Shown one piece after another: positions 1-7,552 of a stretch of DNA of 64,000 bases. The DNA comes from Spirochaetota bacterium. Lineage in GTDB: Bacteria; Spirochaetota; UBA4802; UBA5368. Made by a program: the position numbers and the translations under genes. The number at the start of each line of letters is the position of its first letter. The stretch's first letter is position 1. The notes under the pieces are model-generated. The model saw only the letters and a list, made by a program, of their open reading frames with translations. It ran no database searches and was not told where the DNA came from. The stretch is taken from assembly GCA_004297825.1 (NCBI GenBank), contig SCSX01000036.1, forward strand, positions 172,680 through 236,679, written 5' to 3'.

Positions 1-237
1 GCGGTGATGCGTACGGGCCTGCACGATTACGTGTTCGTCGAGGGGCAGGACGATACGCTCATTCCACGGGAAGTGGCGCTGGGGTTCCGGGCGTCCAACG
101 GCTACTACGAGGTGCTCTCCGGGCTCAAGGCCGGGGAGCGGGTGGTGACCTCCGCGAATTTCCTCATCGATTCGGAGTCTTCCCTCAAGGCGGCGCTTAA
201 AAGCGCGCGGTCGGGATCGCAGGGGCACAAACATTGA
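1..237 (+). CDS. C-terminal fragment of RND efflux periplasmic adaptor (CusB/CzcB-like membrane fusion protein); 5' end lies outside the window
   Basis: Translation ends ...VVTSANFLIDSESSLKAALKS, the typical C-terminal tail of HME-type MFPs. It overlaps the downstream RND pump start by 4 nt (ATGA-type coupling). Confidence 0.6.
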   Translation, partial: AVMRTGLHDYVFVEGQDDTLIPREVALGFRASNGYYEVLSGLKAGERVVTSANFLIDSESSLKAALKSARSGSQGHKH

Positions 238-3200
238 TACAGAAACTGATCCGCTTCTCCGCGCATAACAGGATGCTCGTCATATTCATGATCGCGGCGG
301 CAATGTTATACGCCTCGTACGCGATCCAGAACATCCCGCTCGACGCGATACCGGATTTATCGGACACCCAGGTCATCATCTACACCCGCTGGGACCGGAG
401 CCCCGACATTATCGAGGACCAGGTCACCTTTCCGGTTATCTCGGCGCTCCTGGGCGCGCCCAGGGTGAAGACGATACGCGGCTTTTCGGACTTCGGGTTT
501 TCCTACGTGTACGTGATCTTTCACGACGGCACCGACATCTACTGGGCGCGCAGCCGGGTGACCGAGTATCTCTCGCGCATACAGGGAGCGCTTCCCGCCG
601 GCGCGAAGATGGAGCTGGGGCCCGACGCGACGGGCGTGGGCTGGGTTTACCAGTACGTCCTCGTGGATAAAAGCGGCAAGTTCAACCTCTCACAGCTTCG
701 CTCCTTCCAGGACTGGTACTTAAAATATTCCCTGCAGAGCGTGCAGGGAGTTTCGGAGGTGGCGACCATTGGCGGCTTCGAACGCCAGTACCAGGTGATC
801 GTGGACCCCAATCGGCTGCAAAGCTTCGGGCTCTCGATCATGGACGTGATGGAAGCCGTTAAGAAGGGGAACAATGAATCCGGCGGGAGGCTTCTTGAAT
901 GGAGCGGGCGCGAGTTCATGGTGCGCGCGCGCGGTTACGTGAAGGGGACCGAGGAGCTGGGAAATATCGTGGTGAAAACCGGCAAGGAAGGGACGCCGGT
1001 GATGCTCCGCCATGTGGGGACCGTGACCACGGGGCCGCAGATACGCCGCGGTGTCGCTGAGTATAACGGCCTGGGTGACACCGTGGGCGGGATCGTGGTC
1101 ATCCGCCACGGGGAAAATGCGCTCAACGTGATCGAGCGCGTGAAGGCGCGCATCGAGGAGATAAAGCCTTCGCTTCCCGCGGGCGTCGAGCTCGTCTCCG
1201 TCTACGACCGCTCGGAGCTCATCCATGCGTCCATCGACAACCTCAAGGAAGAACTCATCGTCGAAATGGCGATCGTTTCCCTGGTCATACTCGTGTTCCT
1301 GTGGCACATCCCCTCGGCGCTGGTGCCCATCATCACCATTCCCGTATCGGTCCTGCTCGCCTTCATCCCCATGTTCCACGCGGGGATAAGCTCCAACATC
1401 ATGAGCCTGGCGGGGATCGCGATATCCATAGGCGTGCTCGTGGACGGCGCGATCGTCGAGGTGGAGAACGCGTACAAAAAGATCGAGCTCTGGATCGAGG
1501 GGGGCAGGAAGGGCGACTTCCACGAGGTGCGCCTGCAGGCGCTGGTCGAGGTGGGGCCGTCGGTGTTCTTCTCGCTCCTCGTGATCGCGGTCTCGTTCCT
1601 GCCCATCTTCACGCTCGTGGACCAGGAGGGGCGCCTGTTCACGCCGCTCGCGTGGACGAAAACGCTGGCCCTTGCTCTGGCCGCGCTCCTGGCCGTGACG
1701 CTCGACCCGGCGATACGCATGCTTTTTTCCCGGGCCGATCCGATCAGGATCAAGAATGCCCTGCTGTCCAAGATCGTGAACACCGTCGCGGTGGGAAGGT
1801 ACTTCAAAGAGGAGGAGCACCCCGTCAGCAAAATCCTTTTCGCGTTATACGAAAAGCCTTGCCGCTGGGTGCTCGAACACCCGTTGAAAACCATACTTGC
1901 CGCGATATTCATCGTGGGCGTATCGATCCCCGTATATTTCCGTCTTGGCTCCGAATTCATGCCGCCCCTGAACGAGGGAACCATTCTCTATATGCCGACG
2001 ACCCTTCCCGGCATTTCCGTCACCGAGGCGTATAAACTTCTTCGAATACAGGACCGCATACTCAAGTCCTTTCCCGAGGTCGAGAGCGTGTTCGGCAAGG
2101 CGGGCCGCGCCGAGACAAGCACCGACCCCGCGCCCTTCTCCATGATGGAGACGACGGTGGTTCTGAAATCCCGGCTGGAATGGCGTGAGAAACCGCGCTG
2201 GTATTCGTCGTGGGCACCGGGATGGATGAAACGGGTTTTCCGTACCGTGTGGCATGACCGCATCAGCTATGACGAGCTCATCACACTGATGGATTCCGAG
2301 ATGCGGATACCCGGCGTATCCAATGCGTGGACCATGCCCATCAAGGGACGCATCGACATGCTCACCACGGGCGTACGCACGCCCATAGGCATAAAGGTAT
2401 TCGGTTCCGACTTGAAGGAGATACAGCGTATCGGCGAGGACATAGAACGAGCGCTCAAGGATTTTCCGGGCACGCGCAGCATCTTCGCTGAGCGCGTAGG
2501 CGGTGGCTATTACATGGACATCGTTCCCAAGCGTGAGCTGCTCGCACGCTACGGCCTCACCATTGACGATCTCCAGAACGTCGTCATGTCGGGCATAGGC
2601 GGCGACACGGTCACCACGTCGATCCAGGGCAGGGAGCGCTACTCGGTGAGCGTGCGCTTCCCGCGCGAGCTCAGGGGCGAGCTTGACCAGATGGAGCGCC
2701 TCACGGTGCGGACGATGGACGGCGCGAACATCCCCATCCGTGAGCTCGCGGAGCTTAAACTCACCTACGGACCTGCCATGATCCGCGATGAGAACGGCAT
2801 GCTCGCGGGCTACGTCTACGTGGACGTGACCGGGCGCGACGTGGGCGGGTACGTGGAAGAGGCGAAGGAGATCGTCAAAAAGAGCGTGAAGCTTCCCGCC
2901 GGCTACACCATGATCTGGAGCGGGCAGTATGAAAACATGCAGCGTGTCGCAGAGCGCCTCAAGCTCGTTATTCCCGTGACGCTCTTTCTCATCTTCATGC
3001 TCCTTTACTTTAACACTAAATCGGTGATCAAGACCGGCATTGTCATGCTCGCCGTCCCCTTCTCGCTCGTGGGCGCCGTGTGGCTCCTGTACGCTTTGGG
3101 CTACCAGGTGTCCATCGCCGTGTGGGTGGGCATGATCGCCCTCATGGGCCTGGACGCGGAGACCGGCGTCTTCATGCTGCTCTTCCTGGACCTGTCCTAC

Positions 3201-3476
3201 GAAGACGCGAAGGCGCGCGGCCGCCTCACGAACATGTACGAGCTCGAGGAGGCGATCATCCACGGCGCCGTCAAGCGCATCCGTCCCAAGATCATGACCG
3301 TGATGGCAGCCGCCATGGGCCTTATGCCCATCATGTGGTCCACCGGCGCCGGGGCGGACGTTATGAAGAGGATCGCGGCTCCCATGGTGGGGGGGCTGTT
3401 CACGTCGTTCCTGCTGGAGTTGCTGGTGTATCCGGCGGTGTATTTGCTGTGGAAGAAGAGAGAGTTGGGAGTGTAA
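234..3476 (+). CDS. czcA: Heavy-metal efflux RND permease, CusA/CzcA family (1080 aa)
   Basis: Full-length ~1080 aa, 12-TM RND architecture. Carries the conserved GVLVDGAIVEVEN motif and matches CusA/CzcA end to end. The antisense ORFs 720..1820 and 1845..3482 are artefacts of GC-rich coding DNA. Confidence 0.9.
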   Translation: MIQKLIRFSAHNRMLVIFMIAAAMLYASYAIQNIPLDAIPDLSDTQVIIYTRWDRSPDIIEDQVTFPVISALLGAPRVKTIRGFSDFGFSYVYVIFHDGTDIYWARSRVTEYLSRIQGALPAGAKMELGPDATGVGWVYQYVLVDKSGKFNLSQLRSFQDWYLKYSLQSVQGVSEVATIGGFERQYQVIVDPNRLQSFGLSIMDVMEAVKKGNNESGGRLLEWSGREFMVRARGYVKGTEELGNIVVKTGKEGTPVMLRHVGTVTTGPQIRRGVAEYNGLGDTVGGIVVIRHGENALNVIERVKARIEEIKPSLPAGVELVSVYDRSELIHASIDNLKEELIVEMAIVSLVILVFLWHIPSALVPIITIPVSVLLAFIPMFHAGISSNIMSLAGIAISIGVLVDGAIVEVENAYKKIELWIEGGRKGDFHEVRLQALVEVGPSVFFSLLVIAVSFLPIFTLVDQEGRLFTPLAWTKTLALALAALLAVTLDPAIRMLFSRADPIRIKNALLSKIVNTVAVGRYFKEEEHPVSKILFALYEKPCRWVLEHPLKTILAAIFIVGVSIPVYFRLGSEFMPPLNEGTILYMPTTLPGISVTEAYKLLRIQDRILKSFPEVESVFGKAGRAETSTDPAPFSMMETTVVLKSRLEWREKPRWYSSWAPGWMKRVFRTVWHDRISYDELITLMDSEMRIPGVSNAWTMPIKGRIDMLTTGVRTPIGIKVFGSDLKEIQRIGEDIERALKDFPGTRSIFAERVGGGYYMDIVPKRELLARYGLTIDDLQNVVMSGIGGDTVTTSIQGRERYSVSVRFPRELRGELDQMERLTVRTMDGANIPIRELAELKLTYGPAMIRDENGMLAGYVYVDVTGRDVGGYVEEAKEIVKKSVKLPAGYTMIWSGQYENMQRVAERLKLVIPVTLFLIFMLLYFNTKSVIKTGIVMLAVPFSLVGAVWLLYALGYQVSIAVWVGMIALMGLDAETGVFMLLFLDLSYEDAKARGRLTNMYELEEAIIHGAVKRIRPKIMTVMAAAMGLMPIMWSTGAGADVMKRIAAPMVGGLFTSFLLELLVYPAVYLLWKKRELGV

Positions 3477-3480
3477 GTAC

Positions 3481-3519
3481 AACGGAATTTAACAGGGATA
3501 TACAGGATGAGCAGGATTA
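3481..3519 (-). repeat. ATCCTGT-rich repeat element, copy E1-left (minus orientation)
   Basis: The reverse complement reads AATCCTGCTCATCCTGTATATCCCTGTTAAATTCCGTT. This matches copies at 3891-3930, 4139-4183 and 19105-19143 (rc), consensus AATCCTGTTAATCCTGTcTATCCCTGTTaAAT. Confidence 0.7.
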
Positions 3520-3890
3520 GTTAATTCTTTCAATGACAGTCTTCTATATTCCAGCCGCGAATTACCAAAATTGATAAGCAGTCCAACCTCAATACCGGTT
3601 GCCTTGAGGTAATTTATGATCTGTGCCTGATGTTCCGGTAATAGTTTTTTTATGGCCTTCAACTCGACTATGACCTTATCTTCTATCAATAAATCAGAAT
3701 AATATTCTCCGACACAATGATCTCTGAACATTACTTTGATCGGGAATTGCTTTTTTACGGAAAGTCCTTTTTCCTTTAATGTCAGAAATAGGGCATGTTC
3801 ATAAACAGATTCAAGAAAACCCACCCCAAGTTCGTTGATAACTTCAAACGAACATCCGATGACCATTTTTGATATTTCCTCATATTTCAT
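3489..3890 (-). CDS. GxxExxY family protein (PD-(D/E)XK-like). Start chosen at MKYEEISK; the annotated ORF runs on to 3923 through the flanking repeat.
   Basis: GVGFLESVYEHAL contains the G-x-x-E-x-x-Y motif and ...GIEVGLLINFG is typical of the family. AT-rich codon usage unlike the flanks. Both ends of the ORF run into copies of the ATCCTGT repeat element. Confidence 0.7.
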   Translation of the reverse strand: MKYEEISKMVIGCSFEVINELGVGFLESVYEHALFLTLKEKGLSVKKQFPIKVMFRDHCVGEYYSDLLIEDKVIVELKAIKKLLPEHQAQIINYLKATGIEVGLLINFGNSRLEYRRLSLKELTNPAHPVYPC

Positions 3891-3930
3891 ATCCTGTAAT
3901 CCTATATATCCCTGATAAATCAATTCGTAG
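3891..3930 (+). repeat. ATCCTGT-rich repeat element, copy E1-right (plus orientation)
   Basis: ATCCTGTAATCCTATATATCCCTGATAAATCAATTCGTAG. It is inverted relative to 3481-3519, so the two bracket the GxxExxY gene. Confidence 0.7.
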
Positions 3931-4090
3931 TCATAGCAGTCATATTAAATGAAAATAGATATCTGCATCTATTAATACTTTTCAAAGGGTTTTTTCCTGT
4001 GCTTTTTTCTGGGAAATTTGCCTTTTTTAATTTGTAGCACAGACATAGAGATCAGCGGTTTAGCTGTCGTGGAATTAAAGGAAATTAACA

Positions 4091-4183
4091 AGGCTGTACA
4101 GGATGGTCAGGATGAGTGGATTCTCTCATACCGCCCCCCAATCCTGTTAATCCTGTCTATCCCTGTTGAATCAATTCGTAAAG
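4091..4183. repeat. Complete palindromic copy (E2) of the ATCCTGT element, with no cargo gene
   Basis: Left arm 4091-4119 is AGGCTGTACAGGATGGTCAGGATGAGTGG (minus-type). Right arm 4139-4183 is CAATCCTGTTAATCCTGTCTATCCCTGTTGAATCAATTCGTAAAG. A ~20-nt spacer separates them, and the tail ...AATCAATTCGTA is shared with copy 3891-3930. Confidence 0.7.
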
Positions 4184-4251
4184 TATGTTGTCTTATGAGG
4201 TATATTTCTGTCGCCCGGAGCGAAGTCAGACGACGTCAAATGTTTCTTCCT

Positions 4252-4872
4252 CTATAATTTCAACTGAGTATCAGTCACATGCTTTTCCCTGTAAGGAAAT
4301 CCCTTTTCAAACTCCTCCAGCTCCGTGGTGTCGATCTTAAACACCGGATCTTCATGGAATTTTCCCCGGACCCCCTTCAATCCGTTTTCCTGCAGCTCCA
4401 GCGCCATGAACGCATCGAAATTTGCGCCCTCCGATGTCGATATGCCATATTTCTGGGCATTTTCGAATCCAAATCGGTGGTAATACGCGGGGTTTCCAAA
4501 TATTATAATCGCCTTGTATCCCATGCTTTTCGCGCACGCAATCGAATGCCTCATCAATTGCGATCCGACGCCCTTCCCCTGGTGCGACGGCAGTACGCTC
4601 AAGGGCCCCATGCATAGTACTTCGTGCGCGATGCCTGTATCGTCAACCACGCTCGCTTTCGAATACACGATGTTGCCGATTATTTTGCCTTCATGAATCG
4701 CGACCATATCCAGCTCGGCGATAAAGGCGGGAACCTGACGCAGATTGCGAAGAAGGAGATGCTCGTCGCAGCCGAGTTTATAGATATCCCAGAAGGCTTC
4801 GCGGGTCAGGAATTCTGTTTCCTGGAAGTCGGCGGGGGTTGAGAGGCGTATGGTTGGGTTCATGGTTTTCAT
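4252..4872 (-). CDS. GNAT family N-acetyltransferase (YhbS-like)
   Basis: 206 aa containing the acetyl-CoA-binding motif ...QGKGVGSQLMRHSIACAKSMGYKAIIIFGNPAYYHRFGF. An alternative start at MNPTIRL (4863) is possible. Confidence 0.8.
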   Translation of the reverse strand: MKTMNPTIRLSTPADFQETEFLTREAFWDIYKLGCDEHLLLRNLRQVPAFIAELDMVAIHEGKIIGNIVYSKASVVDDTGIAHEVLCMGPLSVLPSHQGKGVGSQLMRHSIACAKSMGYKAIIIFGNPAYYHRFGFENAQKYGISTSEGANFDAFMALELQENGLKGVRGKFHEDPVFKIDTTELEEFEKGFPYREKHVTDTQLKL

Positions 4873-4995
4873 TCCTTATCTTTAATCGATTGTGTTGTCC
4901 AGTTTTATTGGGGAACGGCATAGTAGCGTCCTGATTGTACTAAATACTCTTTGGAAACAATCTTCTATAGCAGGGCAGCGGCGGTAATTATCAAC

Positions 4996-6234
4996 TCATG
5001 CCTTTTTTATATCCTTTTGAACTTGGTGCCATGATCCTTTGGTTTTTCTAATTTGGCGATTGATAATAATGCTATCATAATCATTGGGATCGAATTCCGA
5101 TTCACATTCTGAGGAAGGGGCATTTTGAATACTTTTTATTTCATCTATGATATCTTTATCATCTGCATGCTTGCTGGAATTACTATCAAAGTTTTTCATT
5201 CTCCAACGTGGTGCGTATGTATCCCACAACCTTGCAACAAGTAATCCGTGCTCCTTCGGTGGGCTGGGGGCGAATGAAAATAATCCTTTATCTTTTTCAC
5301 TCTGCGGATACTCTGAATAATATTTATTAATTTCACGAAGATCAGCTTTCAATTTATTTCCCCATACAAACTCTTGATCATCTCTTAAAAATAAAGGCGC
5401 ACATTTTTGGTGCAATTTGTCAGAAGAAACAAATAACATACAGAATGGAAGGTATAACAGATAAGCCATATCAATACGATTTGATGGCCGATGAGAAGAT
5501 ATTAAATTTGCGGCAATAGCTATTTGGAAAAATATTTCGACTATCATTATATATGCCACATACGGGGCATGCATGACTAGAGGTGGGCAATTAGCTAGAT
5601 AATATCGTTTTAGTATTTTAGGGTGTAAGTGTTCGGGGACGTTAAATAGTATTATGGCATATTTTAACAAATCAATACCATTCTCTCTTTTCGTAACAAT
5701 ATTTTCTGATATTGTTTTTGCTTCTTTGAGAGATCTGCAAGACTTGTTACTTATTCCCAGTTGACGTAATATATTTGCAAAAGACTCCAGATCAAGTGCT
5801 TTTAGTGATTCCCGCCATAAATACGCATAATCACGCTCAATGCTAGAAAACTCGCGTTTTTGCCATCGCGAAAATACTATAGCTTCAGGTGTATTTTCAA
5901 ATACTACATTATGTTTATTATTACTTTTAACATACCGACCCCCTGCAATTGGGATTTGTCCGGTCATAGGAACTCGAGAACCAAGAAGATTATTTATTGC
6001 CAATATATCATGATGAATATTTGGGCCGCCATGCATCTCAGGGAATTTATCAGCAATAATACCAACTTCTTGCTCAGTTGAACGACCTTCTCGAATTGAT
6101 TTGCTTAAATCAGCCAAAGTTTCAATATAAAAAATAGGGCAGATGTTCGCTATAAAAAAATGATCAAACCAAACTGATTCATCAACACTAAGCGATTGCA
6201 GAAATGATTTATCAAAAAGAGATATTGGCCCCAT
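4996..6234 (-). CDS. Hypothetical protein, 412 aa, strongly AT-rich (foreign composition); I recognise no domain
   Basis: Long uninterrupted ORF in DNA far more AT-rich than the ~65% GC background. Lys/Asn/Ile-rich, with no motif I can assign. It lies inside the repeat-bounded island. Confidence 0.6.
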   Translation of the reverse strand: MGPISLFDKSFLQSLSVDESVWFDHFFIANICPIFYIETLADLSKSIREGRSTEQEVGIIADKFPEMHGGPNIHHDILAINNLLGSRVPMTGQIPIAGGRYVKSNNKHNVVFENTPEAIVFSRWQKREFSSIERDYAYLWRESLKALDLESFANILRQLGISNKSCRSLKEAKTISENIVTKRENGIDLLKYAIILFNVPEHLHPKILKRYYLANCPPLVMHAPYVAYIMIVEIFFQIAIAANLISSHRPSNRIDMAYLLYLPFCMLFVSSDKLHQKCAPLFLRDDQEFVWGNKLKADLREINKYYSEYPQSEKDKGLFSFAPSPPKEHGLLVARLWDTYAPRWRMKNFDSNSSKHADDKDIIDEIKSIQNAPSSECESEFDPNDYDSIIINRQIRKTKGSWHQVQKDIKKA

Positions 6235-6284
6235 TGCTTTTTTATCTCATCGGAGATTCAAATATCTTTGGTTAAGTTTTCCAG

Positions 6285-6320
6285 TAATATACAGGAATTT
6301 AACAGATTCACTATCCCCAA
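6285..6320 (-). repeat. Partial copy (E4) of the ATCCTGT element at the right edge of the AT-rich island
   Basis: CAGGAATTTAACAG (6293-6306) is the reverse complement of the CTGTTAAATTCCTG core found in E1-left, and it is followed by ...ATTCACTATCC. Confidence 0.45.
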
Positions 6321-7169
6321 CACACCCCCTTCCCTGGCGGGTCCGGTCTCGGCGTGCAATGGCGCTGCTCTTTATCTTAGTCACTACATATAACAAAAAT
6401 GTAATAAGTCAACCACAATTCCGCCTGTGTTGTGCGGACCCCCACCGGAAGTACAATCAAACAGCCTCCCTCTTGAAAAAAGGGCGGAGGCCGGCGGTTC
6501 CGATGCGCATGAGGGAGGGAAAAGCAGGGAATGCCGGTTGCGTGTAAAAGTTAACGTGCGGAAGGAGAAGATATCTCACCCGATGAGGCCGGGTTCGAAA
6601 TGACAAGGGTGGGGGCGGCCGATGCCGTCATTAAGCAATTCAGTCGATCGCATACAGGCCGGGAGGCTGGTTTTGTAATAGAACTTCTACAACCAGTCGC
6701 GGACACGGATGTCCGCGCAGCCGAGGCGGGCAGGATGCCCATTCGCAGGCTGCCAAATGAGGAGTATTTTTCAGTAACTCCGTTATTGCACATCCGGAAT
6801 CTTAAGCGCCGTCTCATTACAATTTGTAGTGTTTTGCAAACAGACCCTCGATCGCCGCGCCTTTGCGGCAAACCAAATCCGCCCACTGCGATGGACAGGA
6901 TGTCCAAGTGCCGGGCGCGCGACACGATGTCGCGTCTGCGCCCGGCGCTGAGCCAAATCCCACGTAGTGGGTTTGGCGAGAAAGGGCGGCCAAGGCCCTC
7001 GCGCCGCTTGAGCGAGGCCGGCGCTGACGCGACCTCCTGTCGCAGCGCCGGCATTAGGACATCCTGTCCGTCACGGCGGGGGGTGCAGGGGGTGTCCGCC
7101 GCACGACACCCCCTGCAAAAGCACGCTCCTGCCAGGGGCACTCCCGCAGGGGAAAGCGCAGCCCCGCAC

Positions 7170-7508
7170 TCAGCGTTTCTTCTTCCCGCCCTTCTTCACC
7201 ACCAGCTCATACGACATATCGATAAGCCTCTTCACCTCGCCGTCCGGCACCTCACCGTCAAGGATGATGGTGTTCCAGTGCACCTTGTTCATGTGGTACC
7301 CGGGGATGATTGACGAATAGCGCTCGCGCAGCTCCATCGCGAGAAATGGCTCGCACTTGAGGTTGATCCAGAGCGGTTTCGCTTCGAGCGCCACGAGCGC
7401 GAAAATTTTCCCGTTCACCTTCGCCGTGAGCACGTCGATCCCGAAGGGGAAATCCTCGTATGCTCCCTCTTTCGCAAGGAGGTGTGCGCGGAGTTTTTTA
7501 AGGTTCAT
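7170..7508 (-). CDS. MmcQ/YjbR family DNA-binding protein
   Basis: MNLKKLRAHLLAKEGAYEDFPFG...KVHWNTIILDG matches the YjbR family. The start is placed at the internal Met; the ORF extends to 7556. Confidence 0.75.
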   Translation of the reverse strand: MNLKKLRAHLLAKEGAYEDFPFGIDVLTAKVNGKIFALVALEAKPLWINLKCEPFLAMELRERYSSIIPGYHMNKVHWNTIILDGEVPDGEVKRLIDMSYELVVKKGGKKKR

Positions 7509-7552
7509 GGTCCGATACTCCGGTCCTTTTCCAAGATTCGCGTATCCATCCC

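Noticed and set aside
720-3482. Long antisense ORFs (720..1820, 1845..3482) inside the czcA gene
   Set aside because: They are Arg/Gly/His/Asp-rich with no motifs. They are typical GC-rich reverse-strand artefacts opposite a well-supported RND pump.
6551-7313. ORFs 6600..7313 (+) and 6551..7141 (-) in the palindrome-rich gap
   Set aside because: Both are Arg/Pro/Ala-rich and mutually overlapping on opposite strands, with no domain features. I treated the region as non-coding.
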